In this document: in pieces, positions 50,178 through 61,955 of the stretch | Numbering within the stretch: the stretch's first letter is position 1 | Layout of the letters: each line of letters opens with the position of its first letter | Assembly: GCA_030704615.1 (NCBI GenBank) | Contig: CM060734.1 | Location: forward strand, 4,836,001 to 4,900,000 | Direction of reading: 5' to 3' | Source of the DNA: Takakia lepidozioides | Lineage: Eukaryota > Plantae > Bryophyta | DNA: 64,000 nt | Made by a program: the position numbers and the translations under genes | Notes under the pieces: model-generated | What the model was told of the DNA's origin: nothing | Seen by the model: the letters and a program-made list of their open reading frames with translations, nothing else | The model's database searches: none

Positions 50178-50437
50178 ATCGCCCCCCTAACTGGTGGATA
50201 GGTCCCTCTAACTCCAGATAGCTATAAGATGTAATAGCCACAGCCGTACTAAGTCCTCTATCACTGTCCCTATCGTGCTCAAACTCTATCAACCAAGAGG
50301 CCGGGTATAAGAGTAGCCCCATCGTTAGTCACCGTCTTGCAATCTGTGAACTTGAGCCAATATCTCGTGTGTTCAAGGTCTCTTAGTAGCTTGGCCTTGC
50401 ATTTCTTGTTAGCTTTCCATGGTTGTATCCACTCCCA

Positions 50438-53400
50438 TTATCCAATGCAATGTGGACATAACCAATCCCCATCCGGAACCATCTCAAGAGGTGGAGTCAA
50501 GCATCCCATATGCCAACCTCTAGAGCATCGATCACACACCAGCATGGTGGCTGCCCCTTTAGCAGACCCACACAACATGCACCTCAAACCTGCAGATACC
50601 ACTGCCAGGTTTGGGTCAATCCTGCCATCGACATTCGGAAGATGACATGGCGCACAATTACGCACATGGTCCTTCCAAGTTATGCCATCCCGACCCTCCA
50701 AGACCAAGACGCCTGAGGGCAAGACCTCTCGAACCCTCAAAATAACACGTCCTGCAGTCACATCCAGGGTCGTAGGAGCAGTCTGCTGCAAATAGACATA
50801 GTCACCAGGGTTGAATCTCCGAACCCCAGGACGATAGCCCCCACCACGTATGGTAGCATACCTCAACGTATCACGGTGTTGTGCAATGGCAAGGTTCTCG
50901 AAAGCCATGGGCATGACTCTCTTGAACAACTCCAGATCGTCAAGGTTAAGAACTGTAGCAGCTTCTCTGCAAATGGATATAGGCAAATCCGGCTCTCGGC
51001 CAAAGAGAAGAAAGTATGGTGAGAAGGAGGCAAGTGATGCTTGCTTGCTGAACCTGTAGCCCATGGCTAACCACGGTAACTGAAGGTCCCAATCTCCTAG
51101 GTGTCCCTTCTGCAAGCCATACTTGCGCAAACCCCTCTTTACTGTCTGAACAACTCTCTCTGCCAAGCCATCAGCCTCAGGATGATCCCGAGAAGTGGTG
51201 CGGTGGTCTATCAAGGCCTTGTCACACAAAGCCTGAAACTCCCCCAAGAACTCTCTCCCTTGGTCCGTGAGTACCTCAGCTGGAGCACCGAATTGGCTAA
51301 GCACACAATCCAAGAATGCATACGCAGCTCCCTCACTAGCCTTATCAGGCAATGGAACCAATTCAATCCACTTGGAGAAGTGCTCCACCATCACCAACAC
51401 GTACTTGTTGTGGCGCATGGTTAGTGGCAACGGCCCTGCGAAGTCAAGACTCCACCTGTAGCCCAATCCCATGATTGGAAGAGGGTGCAATTGTGGAGTA
51501 GGGGCGTTGAATGAAGCACGCACCCTGTCACACACCATGCACCTAGCCACAAATTGTTGCACCTCTGTGTGCATACCATGCCACCAATACTGTCCCTGCA
51601 GTAGGCTATGGGTGCGTCGCACCCCAAAATGCCCCAACTCCTCGTGGGCATGCCGCACTAACCGTGCCCGCTGTGTTGGGTGAGGCACAATCCTCACTCG
51701 ACCATCCTCCCACACTCGGAGCAGGTGTGTCCCCTCCCACTTGAACCTCTTGGCTCGTTGTAGGATCCGATCCCTCTCCTTGGCAGTCATAGTGGCTGCA
51801 GTGTCTCCAGTGCGGAGGTAGTCCAACACAACTGAATCCTCATGTATATCTTTGGCGCCACCTTGTTCATTGCTGGCCTCAGGGTCCTCAGACACTTGAT
51901 CTACAGTCATCCCTATTGCAGGTCCAACCTGGCCTTCCGCTGCCACAATACACAGAAATGCAGATGCATGCCATCCGGGCACCATCTCCTCGTCCGTCTC
52001 ACCATGCCACCGAGCTCCAGTGTCATCCTGCTGGCTCGTGCATGGATTGCGACTCAACCCATCTGCATTGCGATTGATCAAACCCGGTCGATGCACCACC
52101 TGAAAGTCATACTCTTGAAGGATGAGTGCCACCGTGCAAGCTTCCCCGTAAGCTTGTCTGACTCCATCAACCACTTGAGTGGTTGGTGATCCGTGACAAG
52201 GGTGAAGAGATTGCCGTATAGATAACACCTGAAGTGTGCCACGGCCCACACTGCAGCTAAGCATTCACCCTCATATGAGCTATACTTAGACTCTGCAGCA
52301 TTGTTCGAGCGGCTAGCATAAGCCACTACGAACTCTCTCCCTCATCATCCACCTGTGTGAGCACCGCTCCAAGCCCCAGCATGCTCCAATCTGTATGTAG
52401 CTGAAAAGGACGCCCCCTGATAGGTCGTCTCAAGATGGGCGCCGAGGTCAACCTCGCCTTGAGCTCTTGAAAAGCTTGTTCTTGCTCATCTTCCTACTGC
52501 CACTCCTGGTCCACCTTGGTCAGCTTGGTTAGAGCCTTTGCAATGGCACTGAATCCCTTAACAAACCGTCTGTAATAGTTTACTAACCCCATGAAAGCTC
52601 GAACTCGGCTTACATCCGTGGGGCGTGGAACCTGTGCAATGGACTCTACCTTAGTCTGCTGTACCCCCAATCCTCCAGGATATATCATGTGACCCAGATA
52701 CTCAATCTGGTTGTGGAAAAACTTGCACTTTCCCGGATGTAACTTCAATCCGTGCGCCCTCAAGCCCTCAAATACCCCCTGAAGGTGTCTCTCATGCTCC
52801 TCCACCGTAGCACTAAAGATGATGATGTCATCTATGTAGCACCGAGCAAACTCCACCCCTGCTAGAATCCTGTCCATGACTCTTTGAAACTCAGCGGGAG
52901 CGTTTTTAAGCCCAAATGGTAAGAACCGCCACTGGTATAGGCAATCCTTCCCGTGCTCATTGATCCCCCAGAATGTCGTCTTTTGCTTATCCGCCTCCTT
53001 GATCGGCAACTGGTGATATCCGGATCGTAAATCCAACGTGCTAAAGACCTTGGAATGCCCAATGGCATCAAAGATCTCCTCTGGTGTCGGCATGGCATAC
53101 CTATCGGACTTGGTCTGACGATTTACAGGCCGGTAATCACCGCACATACGTCTCTCCGTCCAATTGCCATAGACATCCTTCTTAGCTGGCATCACTGTGG
53201 CTGAAGCATACTCTCCACCAGAGAGCTCCACCAAACCTACCTCCCAGAGATCTTGAGTCCTCATCTGAATCAAAGACCTCTCCATGTCACTGTATCTATA
53301 GGGTCTCCGAAAGATTGGCGTGTCAGTGGCCAACTCAATACGGATCTCTTGACCCTTCAGTGCTCCCAAGTCCTTCAAACTGAAGGCAAAGCAATTCCTG

Positions 53401-53537
53401 TAAGCCCTCAGGAACCGCCGTATACGTCGTCTCTCTCCTCCGGTGACAATGGGTCCAATGTCAGGCTCCCAATTGTCCTCCGTAACTGCAACCTTAAGTC
53501 CAGTGGGCTTAGAGGTAGAAAACGCGTCCCGTGGTTG
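50438..53537 (-). pseudogene. RT-RNase H-integrase-PHD of A5
   Basis: ORFs 52494..53378 (RT, CYIDD), 52078..52326 (RH), 50438..52264 (INT plus C4HC3 PHD). A few stops and frameshifts. Confidence 0.93.
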
Positions 53538-53829
53538 CTATGCTGCAACCTCTTGAGCAGTACTCCCTTCGTGCTCAGTCAATGACAAGGCCTCATCCTG
53601 CCCCATCATCTCATCATTGAGAACCTCCTCAACCTGAGAAGAATCCCACACCTCATCTATCACAGCTGTCTTGGCTGCCAACTCCCTCTGGACCTCGAGC
53701 ACCTCCCACGTGTGCCATGGATGTCTACACCCCGTGGTCCTCACCGTCTCGCCCCCACTCGCTGCCTGTACCGTCTCGGTAGGCAGAGAGACCGTCAAGG
53801 TAAGTGCACTCCGCACTCTACGTTGCTCA

Positions 53830-54790
53830 GCCATAGCCAAGCTGATAATCCAGGTCAAACAATTGAGATCCATTGCTTGCCCCAACACTTGACGCCGTGA
53901 TGCCTCAGAAAGAGAAGGCACCGCCGTGGTCCCAGTGGAAAACCCCATAGCCCGCTCTCGCTCGTCGGCATTAGGCTCCACTAACTGCTGCAACTGAGCA
54001 TCCCACAGGAGGCCAGGTCCACCATCCCGAAAAGCATGGGATCCTGAGAAGCTGAGCAGTGTAGGTAATGCTGCTCGTGGTTGACCCACCCTGTTGACCA
54101 CTGCCAAAGGCGAACGGTCATCGTGTCTCACACGTTGAGACTGCCTCCCTGTGTCCAAAATGACATCCATGGTGAGGTGTGCTGGCCGCTGCACCCCATC
54201 AAATGCACGCTTGAGCAGTGCGGGTGGCATCAAGTTAGTCCACCAAAGCCGTGGACGATGAGCCCGTGACCCCACTGCAGCTGCATCCAGCAACACTGCT
54301 GACCCAAGCCACGACCGGATTTGATGCACACTGGCCATCACCTTGGCCCGAGAATCACCCATCAGTGGCACATTCTCCAAGATGTATGCTGGCGATACAG
54401 CTTGGTGAAGCTGCAAGTGGCGCAAAATCCGCACCATCTCCCAAAACAGACCCGTCCTCGAGTCTCGCAATCCATTGCCATGCCCGGCTGATGAATGTCA
54501 TTGGCAGGGCCAACCTGCCACTACCAGATCAATGGAGCCAACCTGCTCCAAATCCGGCGCCCCCAGCAACGAAATGTCTGCTGGCAAGGCTTGTTGGTAT
54601 CCACGAACTGCAGACACTGGCAACAAAGCAGGGTACTGTTGTACCAACTGAGCAACATGGCACAGTGAGACGCGTCATGCAGTCTCATCCCTCTCCACAT
54701 ACAGGTAACGTCGAACTTGTACACTTGCCTGTAGCACAACACCCAATCCGGTGCTGATCCCGCCAAACAAGTCCAGAAGGCAAATGCCTT
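53830..54790 (-). pseudogene. DNMT3-like C5 methyltransferase domain of A5
   Basis: In one frame with the protease: LLDLFGGI..YVERDETA*..DLVVAGWPCQ*HS..GLFWEMVRIL..YILENV..RAHRPRLWWTN..ERERAMGF..LGQAMD. Two copy-specific stops. Confidence 0.92.
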
Positions 54791-57740
54791 CATCCGGATA
54801 CTGCCACACAATAGGTGTGGTATCCAATGGTGACAACTGAGGTGGTCCTGGTGCAGTACCCGCACTCTCCTCCTCTCCTGATGGTACAAAAGCCTCTACC
54901 CAGGCTTGTTGCACCCGTCGATCAGCAACCTGCTGCAAATCCTTGCTCGTACCCCACAATGGAGTGTGAGCAACCATGGCAGGCAACTCCGCCATACCAT
55001 GCATGTCATCCTGCTCTGCTGGAGGTGGCACATCCTTTGCATGGGCATTGCCCTCCAGCAACTCTCCAGGCCAACTAACTGCAGCTGTAAAGGCGGCTAG
55101 TGTTGGCATCTTGCCTCGCTGGGCAGCCGCTATACCCCCAATGAATGTTACAGGGAGCTGTGCACGGCGACCATCGCCTGACTGCCATCCAGGCCTGTAG
55201 GATGCTGACTCCTCCCAAAAGTCCAGGGTGAAGCCCATGGGGTATAACACTGCCCCACCAACGAGGACATCGTAAGAGACTGCGTCTGTCACAATGGCCT
55301 TGGCTCGCATTACTGAGCCATCGATAGGATGATCCGGCTGCAGTCTAATGGCCAACTGATGTCATGTCATGCCCCGAGCCTGCTCTGATCCTCCCAGAGA
55401 TGTCTGTATCTGGAAAGGACAAGGCTCCATATCCGCCTCCATGAGGCCCAAACCTGCAATAGCAGCTCTGCCCAACATCAGTGGCTGAGCTCCCGAGTCC
55501 AACAAGACCCGCAGTGGCCGGTACTTCTTGCCTGCCGGTCCACTCAAAGTGAAAATGCCTCCCTGGTTGTCTAGCAAGACAACTCCAGGTGTCACCATGG
55601 CGCGCTCAAAGGCTGGCCTAGCTGGCAGCTCCGTCAACGTGGCAGCTGCAGCTTGCCAGGGCGCAGCCGTGGCAGTCTTGACCCTCAAGTCCGAGGATCC
55701 ATCTGCCACTACACCTTCCACTAACTCCGTAGAAGATGAAGTGACCTCCCCACTCTCACAGAGTGTTGCTGCTAGTCTGAACACTGCAGCTGGCCTTACC
55801 CCCGACATCGCAATCATGGTTGCCGAGAACAGTGGGGCTTGACACACAGAGGTGGCTGCCCCCAATAACACACCGGCTGCACTAGCCTTGGTAGCAGGTG
55901 TCAGTGCTGCACGTGTAGCTCTCCCCAATGGCATAGTAACCTCCGCCTCGGTAACAGTCGGGCGAGAACTAGGTGCCATGGATGGCGTCGACACAGTCTC
56001 CGCCAACGTGAATGACTGAGGAAGCCTCGCCTGACGGCTTGCCTCCCCACGCTGTGGATCCAATTCCACCTCTGCACCTCGTGGCTCAGGAACTCGTGCT
56101 GCTCCTCGAGTCACGGCTGCAGCAGACTCCACCTGCTCTAGTGGTAGTGCTGCTCCGCACATGAATCCCATGCCTCCCATATCTCCTCCCTCAGGAGCAG
56201 GAGGTGGACCATCCCGCCTGGGAGCCGGTACCGCCTGAGCTATAGCCATGGCAGTGAGCCTCTGCTCTAGCTGCTGAAGCCGATTGGCCATGTCTTGGTC
56301 AACACCCTGACCTCCGCGTCCTTGGCCATGTGGAGCTTGCCCTTGGCCTGCACCTCGTGCCCGACCACCTCGTCCTCTTTGGGCTGGTCCACCTCGCCCC
56401 CGGCCACCATTGTTCCCTTGGAACTGGCCTGGGCGCAACTCAAGATGCAAGTCATAACACTGGGCATCTCCATGCCCATACTTGTCACAATGCCCACACT
56501 GCAACTGTGCAGGCTGTGCTTGTGCCGGCCTTTTGCCACTCTCTGGGCAATCTCTCTTGACATGGGGTCATCCACATGTCCAATATATCACCCCTGGTTG
56601 CTGTTGGCCTGCAAAAGATGCCACGGGCCTCTGCACCTGAGGTCCCCTGTAAGCTCCATGGAACTTGGGCTGGGCAACCTTGCCCCCCTGACCACGCTGT
56701 TGGGCAGTCCCTTGTGCTTGTGGGCTGACAGCTGTGCCCCGTGCAGGCATGTCCTTACCAAATCCAATTGTAACAACTCGCTCCTCCACCATGTTGAGCT
56801 CAATCCACTCAGCCAGCAGAAACACATCTACTAATGTGGGTTGGGCTGCTTGTAACAGGGTTGCATCTCGCACCCTTCTCTTGAGCTCCTTGTCCAGAAT
56901 TCCATACCAAAACTGGATTGCCTGAGCTTCAGTAACCCCTTGGGTCACACTTATCAAGCGCCTCATACGAGTGTACGCCTCTCGTAGGCTCTCACTGGGT
57001 TTGCGCTGGAAGTCTTGCAAACTTCGCAGCTTCTCTGTCCGTACACCTTGGTAGTTCCTCCGCAACTCCTGGAAGAACTCCACCACCGGGTTGAATCTAG
57101 GCACATGTGTTGTAGTCGTGGCAGGAGGAGTAGTAGCACCTTTTGAACTGGTACCACTTGCAGAAGTACCAGCACTACTTGCTCCACTACTAGTGCTGGC
57201 AGTGGGAGCTATTGGTACTGATGCAGCTATTGGTCGCGTCGTGCCTCGAGTAATGGAGACGTAGTCAGGTGACCAATACATCCTCCACTCATCAATCTCT
57301 ACTTCATGTCCTCGCCTGAACTCGTGGTAATCGTCCATAGGCGGGCCTTCCAAATGCTGGAACAGTCCCTTCCACGCCATGAATGGGGTGAATAGCTGTG
57401 GATTGCGCATCTACTGCAAATCACACCAGCTGTCAAACTCCTGGATAAAGTCATCCAACTCGATTGTGCCCACAGCTCCATAGTACCTACGAGGCCCCTT
57501 GATAGCTCCATACATCTCCTCCATGTCGTCCCACAACAATGGCGAATGAAAGTGCACACCTGTTGATGAAGCCTCCGAGTCTGTGTCTGACTCTACAGTA
57601 ATTGAGGGTGGCGGTGAAGGTGGTCTGAACCGAATACCTCGTCTTGTGAACCCACTCTCACTGTTACTGCCTGTAGCCGTACTCCCCTCAAAACCCTTGG
57701 GTAACTCCGTAATGACACTCACAATGTGCACCTCCTCCAC
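54791..57740 (-). pseudogene. Gag and protease of A5
   Basis: ORFs 57411..57740, 56568..57410, 55362..56504, 54675..55355. Zinc knuckles and LLDSGAQPL. Confidence 0.9.
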
Positions 57741-58259
57741 GTGACACTATAAGGCTCTAGTACTAATCTAATAGTGACACGGGTGGGCACCTGTTGCAGT
57801 TTAAGGGTCATATCCCAATGGCTCAGGGCACCTGCACCTGCATCCACCGCAAGAACTCCTATGGTTGGTTGGTCATCAACCCAGCCTCATCATAGAAGAA
57901 ACACTGGTGGTCTTGCTGGTCATCACTCCAGCCTCACCACCGACAGCATACTCTAGGATTGACCGGGGATCAAATCCGGCCTAATCCCTATGAAAGCAAG
58001 CGCCCACACAAAACCAACATGGCGCACAGTCAAGCATGTAGGTGTTGGGGGGGATCCAAACACAAGAAATCAAAACATCAACACCCCCACACCAAAATCC
58101 AGCTGCAATGCTGATCCTGCAGAATAGCCCAGCCCAAAACCCCGGACTGACTGGCCTCCATCAAGAGAGGCTTTGGCAACTACAAGTACAAGGTAATGAA
58201 AATAGTACAGAGATGGAGGGGAAGAATAGAAGCCCGACCAAGCAAGATCTAATCCTGAT

Positions 58260-59009
58260 CTATGCTATCAACTGCCAGACTTCTCTCAAAGTGCCTCGCT
58301 CTGCATGATGGTAAGGTATAGGAGGTATATCTATGTCCAGAAACCTGCCACTAACCTTGTCCCAAGCTACAGTAGCTCGCTCTAACCAACCCTCCTCCTC
58401 TGTCTGCCAGGTAGAGACAAAGCAATACTCCCCTATCTCCCGCTCACTAAACACTAAAGAAAACAAAGGTAGGGTCTGATAGTCTCTCAACTCAAAAGCT
58501 TTGAGACGGTTGCGGGTGTCCTCATTGCGAATGATTGCATCTCCTTCAAACAGAACAAACTTGTCCTCGCTAATGAACCCCCACTCGTGGTTGCCTTGTG
58601 CAGAGCGTGTCCGGCTGCAACGTTGTCTGATTGCACAAACTTGTGTAGCTCCTGCTCCTCTACTCCAGTACACCACGGCCTTGTGGCTGAACACCTTGGT
58701 CCCCGGGGCTGTCTTTGGCTGTGTTCCAAGCCTAGCTTTCACCCACTTTGGTATTTCACCTACAGCTGCAGAACTGCTGGCTCCAATAGAGTTCTGACTG
58801 TCCAAAGCGATATTGAGGCCCTCAATGCCAACTATAGCAGTCTGTTGTCCACTGCTAATGCCTGACTCCCAGTATGCAATCAACTCGTCCAACTGTTCTC
58901 CACTCAAATCAGTCTGAGTTCCTTGGGAAACATAAATCTTGCCCCCTTGTGTGCACAGGCTAAGAGACGAGACCTGCCCTTCAATTACGTCCTCATTTCC
59001 CCCAGCCAT
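58260..59009 (-). CDS. Intact 249-aa extra ORF of unknown function in the A5 leader, sense to gag
   Basis: ATG-initiated, uninterrupted, globular-looking composition. No family recognised. Confidence 0.5.
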   Translation of the reverse strand: MAGGNEDVIEGQVSSLSLCTQGGKIYVSQGTQTDLSGEQLDELIAYWESGISSGQQTAIVGIEGLNIALDSQNSIGASSSAAVGEIPKWVKARLGTQPKTAPGTKVFSHKAVVYWSRGAGATQVCAIRQRCSRTRSAQGNHEWGFISEDKFVLFEGDAIIRNEDTRNRLKAFELRDYQTLPLFSLVFSEREIGEYCFVSTWQTEEEGWLERATVAWDKVSGRFLDIDIPPIPYHHAERGTLREVWQLIA

Positions 59010-61092
59010 ACAAGGAGGACATCCACAGATTTGTCTATCATATAGACCAGAACAGGTTCTAGAAACAGAATTGTGGATCGTTCATGGCACACTCACACTC
59101 TAAAAATTCCATAGATTTTTAGCAGAGTCCCAAAAACAAAAACCTAGATTGGTAGATTTCCCCTTTCTGCAGCTATCCCCTCAAAAACTGAGTCAAACGG
59201 AGTCCATTTGACAAAGATATGACCAATTAGGCTCTAAATCATTTGAATTAGATCAAAAAGGCCTTTTTTTTTTTTTTTAACACCAAAACGTTCTCGCCAT
59301 TAAAAACTGCTCCCAAGTCACCTACGAGTTCCCAACACGTCCAGGTAGTTCGTCCAAGTAGGGGCGATTTCAAGAGCAAGTCAAGAGATGCACTGCGCAA
59401 CACCTTCATGGCTTATGGACAGGCGGCCTGCAATCGAAAGATTCGTGGATGGTTGCTGGACTTGCACAACACATCTGCCACATCGGAACCACAGCTTCAC
59501 TTCACCAACATTCAGCACAACAGGAGCAGAGCAGAGCATACAAGAGCTTGGCCGTTGATTGCGACACCTGCTGTGTGAGAAGTTTGAGAATTGAGCTGCT
59601 TTTTTGATGTCTGTGGTTCTACTGTGGTGTTGTACGTGTGCTCCTTGGACCTGTTGGACCTCCCGCAGACGTGATAACTTTCTTTTCTTCTTATCCCTGA
59701 ACCCTCCTGAGGTCCTATACATTCTTGATTTTGGCCATTTTGGAAGGAGGCCATTGGCCTTTCTTCCTTAACTTGCGCTTGCGCACCAGCCTCTTCCTTC
59801 GAAGCTCCAATCGTTTAGCCTTCTTCTTTAACAATTATGCTTCTGACTTGAGGGAAACTATGGCTGGGATGGTGACCTCAGGAACAATCTCGACCTCTGA
59901 CTCTGGGGCATCTCCAGCAGCCCTGGCTACCACATTCCTCTCCGTTGTGGCCTTCCACGTCAAGGACGCACCGGCTGCGACCTGCCCACTGTAATCTCCA
60001 AGTTCTTTTCTATACTTCAAACCCACTCTAAATCCAGAAAACAGCCCGCAAGCAGGTCTCCACTGCGAGCTTGCCGAGGCAGCAGATGGTGAGAGAGACA
60101 AGGACACATTGGAGAAGGTCGGCACAAGGGCCTGGGAAAGAAGGAACGCCAAAGGTTGTAGAGTTCTCTGGTACGCCAAAGCCAAGTTCTGAAGGCGGGA
60201 TTCCCCCTGTTGCCCAGGCTGGGCACAAGCTGGGCATTTACGGAAACCCCTCCGAGAAGCAGATGAGGCTCTCGGCAGATTGCCCTGCAGGTTTGCTTGT
60301 AAATCAGTCTTGTTAGCCAGCGATTGTAGGGCCTGCACGTGAAGCTCCGGGAACATCAATTAATCAACGATCTCCTCCAGCAAAATGGGAGTGTCACAGG
60401 TTGTCTTCCATCAACATTCACTACTTCATGTGCTTGGCTATTTGGGCCTGTTTTTTTTCCCGCCCTAACTTGCTTAAACGCTCCAGTGTGTGCTCTTGTA
60501 CCCGAGCCCTTCTTAGCTCGCAGTGTCCTTCACAGAGCCGTCCTCATCGACAACTGTCCATATTGCTTTAACAAGGTATGGATGTGTCACCATTGGACTG
60601 ACCAGGTACAGCAAGGCTGCAGAACAATCTGCCTCTCGCAGTGCTCCTGTACAGTTGCAGTTATAGCGACGCACCGAGTGCCCAACTTGCAATAGTAATG
60701 CAACCGTAAGCGCTTGTTCCCCTGTCACAACCACACTCTTGCATGCACGCTGCACACAGGCTTCCACCTCCGGAGAAGAAGTCCAGGGACAGAGTTGCGG
60801 TTGTCAGCAGCTACCAACAGACACAGTCTTCCTTACATTTGCGCATCATCATGCTGCTCCACCATGATATCTCCTCACTGACCAAAACAAAGGCTGCTTC
60901 CATGCAGTGTAGCTCCGTCCTGCCCGGCGGCCTTATGCCAGAACCAACACTGATCGAAACCTGCATATTTTGTTTTTTTTTTTTTTTTTAAAAGCTTCTT
61001 AAACTAAGCACTACTCTCACACAGGTAATCATACAAGTGCTAACCCTCAACTCCTACCTTGCACTCACAGGTAAGAGATCATCTCTCTCGAG

Positions 61093-61448
61093 TGATAGAA
61101 CAAGCTAAGAGACACACTGCTCACACCAGAAACAACATGAATCCATCGCTATCACTCTTTAAAACAGAAGTCAAGCCAGGGGCACCCCAAGCTATGGGGA
61201 CTCCACCCCACAACAACCTACACTCCCATCATAAGCACACTCAAATCTAAACGCATGAAGGAGCTCGGTCGCGCAGGCTCAACTCGATAGAGATGAGCTA
61301 CGCGACTGCCGCTCTCGTGAAGATAAGGCGGTTCAGGTGTCAAACTAAACTTGACACCTGATTTAACACTTGACCTAAATCCAAGTGTTAAATACAAATA
61401 ACTAGCTTTATTCTAGTTGTTTTCACACTGTGCTTATTTAACTTGACA
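61093..61448 (-). repeat. 5' terminal repeat A of A5 (no B)
   Basis: TGTCAAG...CTATCA directly abutting the TSD. Copy at 49734-50090. Confidence 0.93.
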
Positions 61449-61544
61449 TGGGAGAGAAGGAGTAGTCACTATCGGTACTTGCCAATTTTGGCATAACTTC
61501 TTGTGGTCTTATTCGATTGCTGTGAAAAACATCCCAGACATGGA

Positions 61545-61955
61545 AAATCAAGCCAGCTTTCCAACAAGATATCGCACACACTTACCCCATAAATGCTCAA
61601 CATTCTACAACCCCAAATGTCAGTGCAGGTCAAATTGTGAAGAAAAACAAAGTAGTTGAAGCTCCCCCTCTGTTTTTTGGGCATAGCAAATTGTGTACCC
61701 ACTCAATTAGCATGAAACAACATCCGACAACTGGGGAATCAAGGTAGCTTTCCAACAAGCCATCACACATCCTTGTAGCCCAAATTCTCTACATGCTACA
61801 ACCCCAAATGGCAAAGTAGGTCAAATTGTGAAGAAAAACAAAGTAGTCGAAGCTCCACCTCTGTTTTTTGGGCATAATAAATTGAGTACTTACTCAATGG
61901 ACATGAAATAACATCCCACAGCTAGCGAATCAAGGTACCTTTCCAACAAGCTATC
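61545..61955. repeat. ~190-bp tandem duplication (about 2 units)
   Basis: TTTCCAACAAG..CTACAACCCCAAATG..GGTCAAATTGTGAAGAAAAACAAAGTAG repeated near 61558 and 61749, with a partial third start near 61940. Confidence 0.8.

Larger units (their letters stand above)
49648..61448 (-). mobile_element. Full-length Family A Ty3/Gypsy element A5 (11.8 kb): A-leader-extra ORF-Gag-PR-DNMT-(UAG)-RT-RH-INT-PHD-PPT-B-A-B
   Basis: 4-bp TSD TGGG at 49644-49647 and 61449-61452. Termini TGTC...GACA. Repeat A at 61093-61448 and 49734-50090 (about 8 substitutions and 1 indel by eye). Repeat B at 50093-50177 and 49648-49732. Confidence 0.95.

Noticed and set aside
49648-61448. Classifying Family A as a DIRS/PAT/Ngaro element because of split direct repeats and a methyltransferase
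   Set aside because: It has protease, HHCC-DDE integrase, PPT and a TSD. No tyrosine recombinase motif was seen, and the MTase is C5 type rather than the adenine type of DIRS.
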